Source: Lama glama
Lineage: Eukaryota
Assembly (NCBI GenBank): GCA_028534125.1
Contig: CM052839.1
Coordinates: forward strand, 14,198,001-14,262,000
DNA: 64,000 nt
Direction of reading: 5' to 3'
The notes below the pieces were generated by a model. That model was not told the origin of the DNA. It saw only the letters and a list, made by a program, of their open reading frames with translations, and did no database searches. The position numbers were made by a program, and so were the translations under genes. Below, piece by piece: positions 1 to 12,207 of the stretch; the stretch's first letter is position 1; each line of letters begins with the position of its first letter.

Positions 1-1366
1 GCTTGGGTGAGTGTCTCTAGCCCTTCTCTCTGTGCAAGGCCTGAGAGAGCCCTGCAGGGGGTCCGTGGGGAAGCTTGTTTCCAGGCCCAGCTTCAGTTCA
101 AAACATCTTCCCCCGAACTTAAAGTTTAAATCTGTGTTGGAAAGCCAGGGTTGGGGCGGGCCCAAGGAACGGGAAGCTGCTTGCTTCTTAAAGAAAGGTG
201 GCGGCTGTGTTGTATCTGGAATATTCCCTGTGGTTGAAGTGATTTCCTTCTCAGTGTCAATCAGGCCAAGGGTGGCTAATAGATTTCAGTTCATTGGGTG
301 CTAGACACAAGGGTCCAGGAAGGGTGCCGAGGCCACATCAGGGCTTGGGCAACACGCTCTGGCTGCCTGATGGTGTCAGCTGCGTGCAGAAGCAGGAAGG
401 GGTTTGCGTCCTCGAAGCAGCATCAGCAAAAGTGCTGCATCCTCTGGAGCCTGAAACAGAGACGCCGCTTTTCCACAGTTCATTGCCTTCAAGGTGTGGG
501 TGCGACTTGAGGTCTTACACTTGCGGGATGGTGCCAATCTATAAAAATAAAGCTGCGGTTTTGAAATAATTAATGAGCGTGACCCTCTCCAAATCTGTCC
601 TCTACCCTGCTTTTCTGTTTTCTTTTTTCTTAATATCTGTATTTCTACTTTCACTTCATTTCAGTTGAATTGAGCTTTTATTTAGTGCCCTGTCAGTTAC
701 TGTAACTCTGGCTTCTCGGTGTCTCATGTCTGTAGCCATAGGTTTCCCTGCTCTCAGCCCACCCAGCACGTGGCCACCAGGTTTAATTCTTAAAATTCAC
801 ATTGAATTCTGCTGCCTCCTCTCTTTAAAAAGTCAAGTGTTTTTCCATCAGCTCCTTTACCTGGTGTTTGAGGCCTCATCCTCTGTGGCTCTCTCTCTGT
901 GAGCCCCGTTCACATCACACCCTGGGCTCCCTGGCCTTGCACCCCTTACCCCTCACCCGCAGCCCAGGCCCCTGGTCCTGTGGCAGCTTCCAGCCTCTCC
1001 AGTGCCTCCAGCTAAGTTCTTGTCTCCGTCTGTTCCCTGACCCTGGGTACCCTGGAGGCCGAGAGCCACATCAGATTCACTCTGGTCCAGGCAGGGTTGG
1101 GCTCTGAACGCACAGGCGCCTGTGGAATCCTTGTCAAATAAACGACCAGGTCCTCAGCTGTGACCAGCCACCCGGAGTGCCCTGGGGAGGCCGGAGCCTG
1201 TGGGCCCGCCTTCTCGCCCCCGCTGGTTCCTGAGCGGCTTGGGGGTCCTTGGCTCTCCCCTCTCTCTTCTGCCCCCTCCGCCCAGAACTTCACCCCACCT
1301 GGGTGGCCCTTCACCACATCAGATCCACATTCGTTCCTGTCACCCCCCCTTGTTCTCTTGTCACAG

Positions 1367-1484
1367 ACCTGGGGACAGAGAGCGTCAGCGGCACCCTCAG
1401 TTCCCTGCAGCAGTGCAACCCCCGGGACAGCTTTGACATGTTTGCCCAGACAAGAGGGAGCTCCTTGGCTGAGCAACACAAGAC
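1367..1484 (+). CDS. TOM1L2: TOM1-like protein 2, internal coding exon (DLGTESVSGTLSSLQQCNPRDSFDMFAQTRGSSLAEQHKT)
   Basis: tcacag acceptor, gtacgt donor; translation matches the TOM1L2 FDMFAQTR region; phase fits the next exon. Confidence 0.93.
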
Positions 1485-2474
1485 GTACGTGGGGACCCTG
1501 TCGAAGGCTCTCGGGAGACCCTGGGGGGTGATTGACCCCCGTCTGGCCCCACACTAGCACGAGAGGCCTTTTGTTCGCCGGGTCCAGGACCTCTGAGAAC
1601 TCTAAACTCTGGCTGTTGGGACTTGTCGGTAGGCGCGACGTGGAATGGGGGCCAGCACTCCACTGTGGGGCATGTGTCACGGCTCCTCCGCCAGTCACAG
1701 GAGTGGAGGGGGCTCTGCTGTTCTCTCTGCTGCCTCGTGACCTCGTCTGCCGGCAGGCAGGGCCCCCAGGGGTGCAGGCAGGGCTTCCCCGACAGCAGCT
1801 CTGAGCACCGTGAGCCATGTGGATGTGGGGTAGTCGAATCCAGAATCCACAGCCCCTGCAGCTCTCTAGAACCCACTTTCAGCTTTCTGTCCAGCCTAAA
1901 GGCAGGTGAGGGACACTGTTCCCCACCTCCCCAGGGACCCAATGTCTTGACACATGGAGGTCTCTGAACCCCGTGCTCAGGACTCAGCGGTGGACCAGAA
2001 ACCCAGGGCCTCATGCGCCCTTCAGCAAAAGCTGCTTTCAGAGTGATCCAGCGGAGGACGTCGGGGAGCAGAAGACAGCAGACCCGACCCCAGACCCTGA
2101 GACCAGCTTCCTTGTCAGATGTTGCTCAGGCTGTGCTTCTAAAACAAGGATTAATACCGCCTTTCCTCTGTCCAGCCCCTCCTTCTAAGCAGTGTCAGGG
2201 CACTTCTGCCGTCCTGCCGTTGCACCGTAGAGATGCCCGTGCTGTTACTTAGAAGAGGCACAGTGAGGTGCAGAGTCCCGACCCTGGAGGGAGGGCTGGC
2301 TGAGCCTGTGCTCAAACCCTGGCCTCTGGCTTCAGCTACGGCCGAAACGCTGAGGCCATGGGCAGCATTGTGCTGAGTGCTTGTGAGGAAGGAGGAAGGG
2401 GCTGTAGACGGGAAGTGACTGCAAGTCATTGCCCGTCCCCTGTGACCTTCCTGCTGGTGCTGTTTCATCTCCAG

Positions 2475-2550
2475 GGTCACCTACGAGGACCCCCAGGCTG
2501 TCGGAGGACTTGCCTCTGCACTAGACAGTCGGAAACAGAGCTCCGAAGTG
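2475..2550 (+). CDS. TOM1L2: TOM1L2 coding exon (VTYEDPQAVGGLASALDSRKQSSEV)
   Basis: ctccag acceptor, gtaggt donor; continues the reading frame. Confidence 0.93.
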
Positions 2551-4598
2551 GTAGGTCTTTAATCTGTTTTTGTGCCTGGAGTCCTGCAGGGTGAGGGGAA
2601 GCTGGCTGGATAGTCAGGCAGAAGCTGGAGTGCAGGGAGGGCAGACCAGGATGAGAGCTGTGTTAGCTCATCCAGTCCTCGCCAACCCCCACACGCCCGT
2701 GTCCACTTTCCTGTGACACCCAGGAGAAACTGGGCCCAGAGGCTGTCAGGCTAGGGGTACTGGGTGAGCGGCCGCAGGCAGGGCTGCTTCCCCAGGAGGT
2801 GCGACCGGGAGCCCCTGCCCTTCCTCCTGTGGTGGCTCCGAGTTCCCAGGGTGCAGGGCTTCTCCCCAAAGGCTGCGGCACCCTGGGCAGGCCGCGCCTG
2901 GCAGGGACGGCCCTGACGCAGATGGGATCCTGCGTGGTCCCAGCCGGCCCCTGCCGGTCTTCTGTCATGGGCCTGGCGAGGTAGGGCCCTGTTAGAAGTA
3001 GCTGATGGTCCGGGTGGGTTTGGGGAGCAGGGCCGGAGGGTGGAAGGGACAGGCGGTGGTGGGGAGGGCGCTCTGGGAAGCTCCATGTCTGGAAAGAGCT
3101 ACGCTGAAGGTGGAGGTGCTTGGAGGTGGTGGATGGTGCTTGTTGGAGCCAAAACGCAGTCACGGTTCTGTAAGGTTGCATCTCACCGAAGGAAGAGGGT
3201 TTGTGCCTTAATGCTTCTCCTGAGATGGTTCCCTCTTTGCCTGAGAAACGTGTGTGGCAGCGAGTGAGTGAATGTATGTTGGCCCAACAGCTGCCTGCCC
3301 CCTGCACCCCTCCCCAAGACAGAAAGGGGCAGTGATCATCTGTCCACCAGAGGGGTCGGTGTCCTGAAGGCCAGGCCTTGGCCTCCCACGGCCCCTGTCC
3401 AATTGGCCTGGGCGGGCAGCAGGGCTGCAGTCTGGTGCCTGTGAGAAAGCTTGCCCTGGGGGAGGGACTCCTGGTCCCCAGTGCCCCGGTGGCCCAGCTG
3501 GCTGCGTGAGGGCCAAGCGGCCCTTTGTCTGCACTGGCCACTTGGGGTCACGGAAGAGCCAGCCCTCCGTACAACTCCCGAGACCCGGCCCCCCAAACCT
3601 GCGCAGTGGCCGGGTTCCTGGTCTGGTCCAGTAATGTGATCCCATTACTGGGGACGCGCTCCCTCCAACTGAGAGGGTGCCAGGCCGGCCCCTCCCCCCG
3701 ACCACCCGCAGGGTCTTCTCCCACCATTCCCACTGTGTCCTGCTGCACCTCTGCTGCCTGCGTACAGGGCTGGGCTCCACGCTCAGGAATGCGGCCACTT
3801 CTGCCTTCACCCTTGGGCGCCTGGCCTGGCCCACCTGCCTGTCTTCAGTGTCTCCACCTGACAGGAGGCAGGCTGCTCAAGGGGGTGATCTGGAGAGCGG
3901 GGGTGAGTGTGGGCTGTATGTGTGTCTGTGTGTCTGTGTGCATGTCTACTGACTCACATGCGTCCTCAGGCCTGGACTTCAGGTTATCATGTTCCATATC
4001 CTGAACCACGCTGACCTGGAAATGAAAACTGGACCAAGGGAGAGACTAAGAACACAGTAAAGGGGAAAAAGTTGTATAACCACATCTCCACAGGACCGCC
4101 AGATCCATAGTCTTACCTTTAAATACCTACATCATTTAAAAAAGGGCAGTATCCCCAAATCCAGCACTGAAGTTGAAAGTTTGGAAAAAGAACACACAGG
4201 TAACTGAGAAGGAGGAAGAAGAGGGGAAAAAGGCAGAAGTAAGTTAGAAGAAAGTAGAAGTGATTTTGTAAAAGCTGGTTTTCTGAAGTCGACCCTCTGG
4301 TGACCCCGAGAGCCCCGATCCTGAGTAGCAGCCGGGGCCGGCCTCCTGGGACCGGCCTCCTGGGACCCGGCTGACATGTCCCAGAGTGCGGAAATGTTGG
4401 CGTGAGTGCGTGTCACCCTGCTGGGGCTCCTGGTCACTGAACTCTTCTTTTGTCCGGGTGGGGGGAGGGGACAGCGCGGGGACACTGGTTTGCGGCTCCT
4501 CACGTGGCAAGGGACAGGCTCTGACGGAGGCCCTCCTGTCCCCACCATGTGCTCGGACCTTCTTTCGTGCGGGTCTGGCTCTGACTTTTCTTTCTGGG

Positions 4599-4685
4599 AC
4601 TTTTCTGCCCTCGGCCCAGAAGAAAGGTAAAGATGGGGACTCTGACCTGGAGCCCTTAGACAGCTGGCTCCTGGCCCGCGGAATG
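4599..4685 (+). CDS. TOM1L2: Candidate TOM1L2 cassette exon (TFLPSAQKKGKDGDSDLEPLDSWLLARGM); the used acceptor may be the in-frame CAG giving 4620-4685
   Basis: Open phase-0 frame, ATG|gtgaga donor, long polypyrimidine tract; resembles a recalled 29-aa TOM1L2 insert; bases before 4599 are GG, not AG. Confidence 0.55.
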
Positions 4686-7600
4686 GTGAGAGGTCGCTGG
4701 CTGCGCTGACCCCTGTCCACCCAGTGCGTCCCTGTCGCCTGCTCAGCCCTTGCGAGTCAGACAGTACAAGGCCGCTCCCTCCTGTCCGTCTCCTTCAGCC
4801 ACGGACTCCAGCCCCAGAACCCCTTCCCTGGCTTTCTGCCGAGGTTCCGGCAGCTGCAGGAGTGAGGGGAGGGCCCTCCCCCTTTTACTGTCTCTGGAGC
4901 TCTGGGAAGTATTCACTTTTCCAGGATGAGCACAAGTTATTGTGGCTTTGGCTTGGGAGGAGAAGTCCTCTCCAGCCTGTGACCTTGGCAGTCCTAGGCT
5001 GATGGGGTTTTATAACGTAATTATTTGTACCCACTGTGTCCCCCAGAAGGATTTGAAACCTCTTAAAGAAACACACAAACACAGTAGGAACAGAAGAAGA
5101 AGATGACCCAGCCAGGGGCGCTGGATATCATAAACGCGGTTACCTCATAGAGCCTTCGCGGCTCAGAGCCCTGGGAGGGTCTGTCCTGCCTCGTGATCAG
5201 GTGGCCCTGAGTCTGTGTCCGAGAGGGTCACTCGTCCCAGGCTGCCTGCGCTGGAGTGAGGATTTCCCCTCTGATGAAGCCATAGCCTCGCTGAGTGCCT
5301 CTGACCTAGAGACCAGAGGGCTATGTGCCTGGCGGGGCTGGAGCGGCGAGGATGCAGAGAAGGAAAGAGAAAACCAGTGCAGAGTGGTTCTTCTGGGTGG
5401 GTGGGGGGAGACACCGCACACACAAGGAGGAAGCATGACTGACCCCCAGGGACCACGTGGGCTGTGGCCAGGGGGAGGGTGTTACAGGACTGCGGTCCGC
5501 ACAGGAGTCACCTGCCTAAACTAGGTGTGGCCGGCGCTCGAGGATGTGGGCCGCAGGGCTGTCAGAACCACGGGCCCAGGTGTCTGCCCAGCTTGGAACT
5601 GGTGACCTTGCACAGCCACACCCAGTAGTAGGAGGCGTCTCCCCCACCCCCAGCAGCAGGCAGCCTGGCACTTGCTGTCCCAGACCCCAAGGCCGTTCAG
5701 AGGCGAGGCTGGTCTGGCCCTGCATTTGTTTCTTCAGGGACAGACGGGGGCTCTGGCCCACATGTGTGGGTGGCCTTAGAGCAGGAGTCCTGGAGACCGT
5801 GTCCCCTGCACTGTCCAAATTGGGAGGGTCTAGCCGTGTGTCCTTGTGCCTCTTAATCCTGCAAAACAGGATACTGCCCACCGACCGCCCTGCGTGGGGC
5901 TCGGCAGCGGGGTGGCGTCCGCCCCCGCCCCGCCCCGCCCGGAGCTCCAGTCCCCGGCTTCAGGATCAAGCCGACTAACAGCTAACCTGGTGTCTCCTGT
6001 CTGACTGCAGCATCTCTCACTTTTAAACAGTGTATATTAATTGCTTTGCCTTACTTCCCATAGCTAGAAACCCTGTCTCCCCCAGTCTCCCATGTACAGA
6101 TTCTTTACTTGGAAACTTTTTGGACTGTTGCGTGAGAACACAGGGCTTTTAGATTCTCCCTCATGTTGGGGAGGGTGGAGCGTTGTAGGGGGGACTCGGG
6201 ACCCCGAGCTCAGCACTTGCTCCTGCCACGCCGGAAACGGACAGCTAGGTGTCCTTGTGGGAGAAGCGGAGTGCGGGGTGTGAGTCCGGCCCTGGGCCCC
6301 TTTCCTGCGGAGGAGGCCCTGAGCACTGCCCCAGCCGCCTGCCTGGGCCACCTGGCTGTGCTTGCTTCTCCTGGCTGGCAGGCAGAGAGGACTGTCTCCC
6401 ACGTGCAGGGTGCAGCTGGGAAAACAACCTGCTATGAACGAGCATTAATCCCAACAGGACAGAAGTGGGTTAGTGAAAGTCTGCTTCCACCGGAGCCCGG
6501 GTTTGGAGTGGGGGTGGGCAGAAGTACTCAGGCCTGGAAGACCCCTAGACACAGCAAGCCTGAGGCTGCAGAGGGCGCCGGCTGTGGCTGGCCCCGTGGC
6601 AGCACGTTCCCCTTTGGGCAGGCGGCCCTATTGCCCCCTAAGTAGAGCTGCCCGCCTGCAGCCCGTGCAGGTCGGTGGATGGCCACGGCCACGGCTGGCT
6701 TCCTCTGCGCGCGCCTGGCCATGGCCCCCACTCAGCCAGCCCCGCCAGCCTGTGCTCAGGGGAGGTAGTCTAGGTGCGGGTCTTCATCAGAGGGCGTCCC
6801 CACACCAGCTGCCTTCATTTTTCTCTCTTCGCATCTTTTCCCCTTTCCGTCTCCTTGCTCCAACTCAAGCTCTCCATCAGACCCCTTGCCCAAGTTGATG
6901 CTCACACTAGGGCTCACCTGGCCTCTCAGGGGTCAGCTGGGCCGGCCCTCCTCTGACGACTGAGAACACTGAGGCCTCTCCAGAGCCTGGGGACATGCCC
7001 AGGACTGGGGGCAGTGACAGAGTGACAAAGTCCAGCGCCATCTCCTCCAGGGAGAGGCTTGTTCATTCAGGCATCTCCCTCCCCTCCCGTCAGCTGGCCT
7101 GGGTGCTTCCTCCTCCCTCACGGTTTCCGTGGCTCCTGTTTCCCGGGCAGCGTGTGTGTCTGGTGTGCGTCTGATGCCCCCGTGGTGGGAACTTTGCCCC
7201 AGTGTGGTGTCCCGCTTTGATTATTAGGCAGGCGGCTTGGGAGCCCCGGGGTTAAGGGCAGTCACTGTGGCCAGCCCATCCCTGTGTCTCATGCGCCTTC
7301 CTGCTGCCCGCAGCCCAGCTCCACGTGAGCCACGCCTGAGGCCAGGCCCTCTGGCAGTCTGTCCAGGGTCAGTTCCAGTAGCTCTGACACCCCTGGTTTC
7401 CCTGGAACGCAGGGATTCGGGGTCATGAGTAGTGGGTGCCACCACCCTGTGTCCCAGGAGAGGAGATTGAGGCCCCCCTCTCCGCCCCACGCCCGGCGTT
7501 CCCGAGCACGACCCTGGGCCGCGCTCTCACATAGACACACAGCTCTCTGGGAGAAGCGGAGGAGAGGGAACCAGAGGGCTTCCGCCATCCAGCTTGGGGG

Positions 7601-9474
7601 GTGCTTTGAGGGGTGAGGAGCTTCTCGAATGTCGGTGTTTATTTATGAGCAAGCTGGCTCTCAAGATTCACCCGGAGGAGGAAGCCAGGGCAGCTCCCTG
7701 GGACCTAATATGAACAGTAACAAAGTGCGCTGAGTAGAACCCGGAGGCTTAAGGCCCATGAGCCCTAGTGTCTTTTGTCAAAAGCTTTGTAGCCGTGGAC
7801 CCCTGGGGGGGTTCCTCCCAGGCGGGCTGAGGCCGATAGCCGTGGGGTCCCCATTCTGGCAGCTGGTGTCGGCGCGGTTCTTCTGCGGAGATGCACTGAC
7901 TTTCCACACTTGGTTCTGAGAACTTGGTGACGTGGCAGGCACCCTCCCAGAGGCCAGCGCCCTGGCTTAGAAGCATCAAGATAACGAAAGCTGGCATCTC
8001 CTGTCACAGGAGCGTGTCGGGCAGAAGCCCTGCCAGCAAACCTAAACCTGGCAGATCGTGCCCGGTGAGCCTGCTGCTTCCTGTTTGATGGGGTCGGGCT
8101 GCCCAGCGGCGTGTGTGCCCTGCAGAGGGAGGACCGACTTCCCTTGTCCCCAGGAGTCGTTTTAGGGTGGTTTGAACTCCTTGATGTGTTTTCATTTCAA
8201 CATTCTTAAGTCCCCAGTTGGTCAAAGAAATAAAAAGGCAGTGTAGATTCTTCCTGATCTGATCGAGGTTGGCTTGAACCTCTGTGGAGTGCTCACGCTG
8301 GGCAGAGGAGGGGTCTGCGGCCTGGCTAGGAGACTTCCGCCCAGCTGGCCCAGACCCTCGGGGCAGGTTCCTGCTCCAGGGAGGCTGCGTCAGTCGGGCT
8401 GTGCCCCCAGCTCTCTGCTCTCCTGGCTGAGGTCCTGTTACTTGCTAGACTTGGCGAACACGAGGGCAGTCTTCTCACTGTGTATTTTAACTTGATTCCT
8501 CCCCTAGATTGTGGTGTTGGGTGAGCCAGCTATAGACACATGCTGGCAATTTTTCTAGAAAGAGTGGGCTTGTGAGTGAGCCCCCAGAGGTACTACACAG
8601 ACCCAGCCTAGGTGAGGACACAGGTCACTGGCCAGAGCACGGTCAGCCCGTTTCTCTAGGCTGGGAGCCAGCATTTCGTTTATGGGGCTTTGAGGGGGTT
8701 GAAGGTTACTTTAATTCTTATCACATTATTATCTCATTACACCTGACAGCAGCAGAACTGTTCTAGCCAGATGCATTCTCCGGCCCTGGGCAGGGTGGCC
8801 CAGGCGTGGGCAGGGCCCAGCCACCACGAGGGCATCCTCCTTTGCTCAGAAGCCGGTTACCCCGCCAACCACTCCCCTGCTTTCTGTTGCACTTCTGGTC
8901 TTTGATGCTGGCGCGTTGGAAGCTGGGGTGAGAGGAGGCTGCCGAACTCAGGGCGGCTTCCTGATGGTTCCACTGGAGAGACACAGAGATCACCAGGCCC
9001 TGCGGTCCCTTTGGCCATCAGAGGCCTTGATTTCACCGTGTGTTTGTTGGTAGCAGAAGGTGCCTGCCTCTGTTGGCCAGGCCATACCGGCCTGGGTGCT
9101 CTCCCCACTCAGAAGTGCCCCAGGCCCCTGGGCACCGCCCCTCCCTGGGCGGACCCCTCCCGTCGGGGCCAGCCAGCAGGCACAGCGCGTTCCTGGACTG
9201 GAGGCTGCTCTGTGGCCCAGGGCTGAGTCAAAAAGTTGTCCACTTGAAGAACGCGTACTGCGCCTCCCTCCCCAGCGCCCCGCCAGCCCTGCTTCTAGCA
9301 GCCAGCACGCTCCGCCCTGCCCTCCCACACGTGCCTGTGCGCCCAGCCCGCTCTGCCCGCCTGCTCTGCTCTGTGTACCTGTGGTTCCGTCTGGGCTGCT
9401 TGACGACTGACGTGTCGGTGTTCTGTCTTCCCCGCCCGCTGTGGCTGCCTGCCCGCTGCTTGCCGCCTGCGCAG

Positions 9475-9534
9475 GTCCCCGTGGCGCAGCCCTCTGTCAT
9501 GGACGACATTGAGGTGTGGCTCAGGACGGACCTG
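9475..9534 (+). CDS. TOM1L2: TOM1L2 60-nt coding exon (VPVAQPSVMDDIEVWLRTDL; myosin VI-binding region)
   Basis: gcgcag acceptor, gtgaga donor; DDIEVWL motif of the TOM1 family. Confidence 0.93.
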
Positions 9535-11302
9535 GTGAGACTCGACTTTTCTATCTCGCGTGGGGAGTGGTGAGGCCGAGGCGCCTCTGAGGACAGGCCT
9601 CAGGGGACGGCACGGGGGCCGCTCCCCGGGTGGCGGAGGAGGGGGGGCCAGGCAGGTGCCCTCCAAGGTGGTCAGCACCTGCTCAGGCGTCGCCGAGCCG
9701 CCTGCCACGAGGCTGGCGGGACCCAGAGCTGGGCTTCGGGCCTCGGTCCTGCTGCCTGCATGGCACACTTCTCCCGTTACTCGACAGTCTCGGGGGTGTG
9801 TGCTTGGGTTCTTTTGTTTTTTGATTTTTGAGTTTTTTGTATTTTGGTTTTGGTTTTGTGTGTGTGTGGATTTTTTTTTTTTTGGTTTTATTTTGGGTTT
9901 TGGGGGATGTTTTTCTTTCGATTGTGAAACATACACAGAGCCTTTTTTTCTTTTAATTGTGAAATACACACAGAGATGAGCGAACGTGTATTTAAATTCA
10001 CTGTCACCCCCTCCCCAGCATCTCCTGATACCTTGGATTTAATGGCCGTAGAGACCATGGTCTTTATCCCCAGAGATGGGCAGGAGGGTTAGGACCTCAT
10101 GCATCTGCAAGTGGCAGCGGGTCCTGAGAGAGGAGGGCTGCAGTGGCCGGTCCCGCTCCATGCCCCACAAAGCACTCTGTGCAGGGGCCACTGGGCTGTT
10201 GGCGGGGTTGGAGAGGAAATGGCTCTGGGAGGGGAAGTGCCTGTCCAAGGCCATGGCTGGTCAGACCCCCTGAGACCTGGAGTCCCTGTCCCTGGAGCAG
10301 AGCAGCTCTTAACCACAGGGTCGGCCTGGCTGGCCGTGGCTGCTGACAGCCTCACCTCACACCAGGACAGCAGACCTCGGTCAGGGCCTCCTGCCACTCC
10401 AGGCCAGCTCCCCAGAAGGCCAGGCTTTCCGAAGACACTGCCCTGTAAGCAGCCACCCGGTGCCCTGCCCGGGGGAAGAGGTGCCCCATCGTGTGTTTCC
10501 CAAGGGAATGTCTGAAAAGGAACTGCTCCTCTCCCAGAAGCATGGCTGGGAGGCCAAGGCCCTCACCTCACAAAGGGGACCCACGGTCCACGGCAGGGAT
10601 CTCCCAGCTGGACACACAGCGAGTCATTGGCAGAACCAGGAAGGCAGCCTGGCCTCCTTGCCTCACCCAGAGCAGTGTCCACTTACCCAACACCGTCTCC
10701 GCAGAGTTCCCAGTGGCCCCCACGTTCCCCAAACAAAATCCAGTCTGATCCACTCTCATTATTAAGAGATTCCAGAGCCTCCTGGGTGACAGAATCAGGG
10801 CCAAGGAGGAGGCTGGTGCAGCTCCTAGGAGGCCCTGGCCGAAAGGCCTCCTTCCTGTGCCCGAGCACCGCCAAGGTCCGGCCCTGTGCTGTGGGCTCCA
10901 CAGCTCTGGCCCTTCCAGGCCTCACACGGTTCCCAGCTGCTGGTGCAGACAGTGACCTCCCAACACCCTGCAGTTGCCGGCTGGCTGAGAGGGGACGCTG
11001 AGTGGAGGGGCACCTGGTGGGCCCTGGGCACAGCCGGACAACCAGCCTGCACCTGATTTTGGATTTTTCTTTCTGGCCCTTTTGGAGGACCAAAACCTAG
11101 AACCTATGCCGCTTTTTTTGTTTGTTTGTTTTTGTTTTTTAAAATCAAAGTTTCTGTTTCTCCAGTAAGTCGAACAGTACTTGCTCACGCAGAACCCTGG
11201 GGACAGGAAGTAGGAAGCTTTGCACCCTGGGGGTGCCGCTGGCTGCCGGGGGAGGCAGCAGGGCGGGCGGGCCTTAACGCCCTCTCTCTGCTCCTCCCAC
11301 AG

Positions 11303-11339
11303 AGGGGCGATGACCTGGAGGAGGGCGTCACCAGCGAAG
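11303..11339 (+). CDS. TOM1L2: TOM1L2 37-nt coding exon (RGDDLEEGVTSE)
   Basis: ccacag acceptor, gtaggc donor; EGVTSE motif. Confidence 0.92.
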
Positions 11340-12058
11340 GTAGGCCTGGCAGCGGCGCCTCCCCAACATCCCCTCATTTTGCTGCTCTGTCTCCAGGCTG
11401 TCCCCTGCCAGCCTGGGTGGGCCTCCCCTCTAGGGCTCCTCGGCTCCGTCCCACCCCGGCCTTGTGCTGAGGGCAGAGGTGTCACAGGGCTGGTGAACAG
11501 TGGGTACAGATTGCCCTCCCAGGTCTGCATGACCCCAGACTTATACCCCTGGCCAGTCTGTACCTGCCCCCAAATGCCCAGTCTACCTGCAAGACACATG
11601 CCATGCAGTCAGCAGTGGAGGCAGCGGATGGGTCTGGGGGGGAAGTCCCTGTGACGGCCCCCCACCCCACCTCCTCTCACCCCTCTGCCCTCCCATTGCT
11701 TCCCCTAACTCTGCCAGGCCACCTGGTCAGACCCTCTGTGGGCACAGAGCCCCGCTTGGTGGGTGAGGGGGGTGGGTGCATGTTTCCTGCCAAGTTTAAG
11801 GGGGAACAACCCCTCCAGCTCTCCCAGTGCTGGTCTGGACCATGGAAGAGCTTCAGGTCAGTGGTGGGGCAGGAATCACAGCTGCCCCCTCCCACCCGAC
11901 CCCACCAGCTTGTGGCCCACTCTGTGTTTCCCTGGCAGTGGCGGGCTGGGGAGCGGGGTGGTTGGGTCCTCTGTGGGTAGCAGGTGGGAGGGGACTGTTG
12001 TACCCTCGATGGGGCCGAGCCCCGACCAATCCCAGCCCGGCCTTATTTTGTATTGCAG

Positions 12059-12207
12059 AGTTCGATAAATTCCTTGAAGAAAGGGCTAAAGCTGCCGAAA
12101 TGGTTCCCAACCTCCCCTCTCCCCCAGCGGAAGCCCCGGCCCCAGCCTCAAACCCCTCCAGCAGGAAGAAGCCAGAGCGCTCAGAGGATGCCCTCTTCGC
12201 CCTGTGA
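12059..12207 (+). CDS. TOM1L2: TOM1L2 terminal coding exon ([14 protein letters not shown]...SEDALFAL*)
   Basis: ttgcag acceptor; [11 protein letters not shown] and DALFAL C-terminus; TGA at 12205-12207. Confidence 0.95.

Noticed and set aside
546-660. Intronic AATAAA plus U-rich tract
   Set aside because: Common in AT-rich intron patches; no terminal exon identified.
3990-4290. A/G-rich block in a TOM1L2 intron
   Set aside because: Possibly an old L1 fragment, but I could not assign a family; no coding signal.
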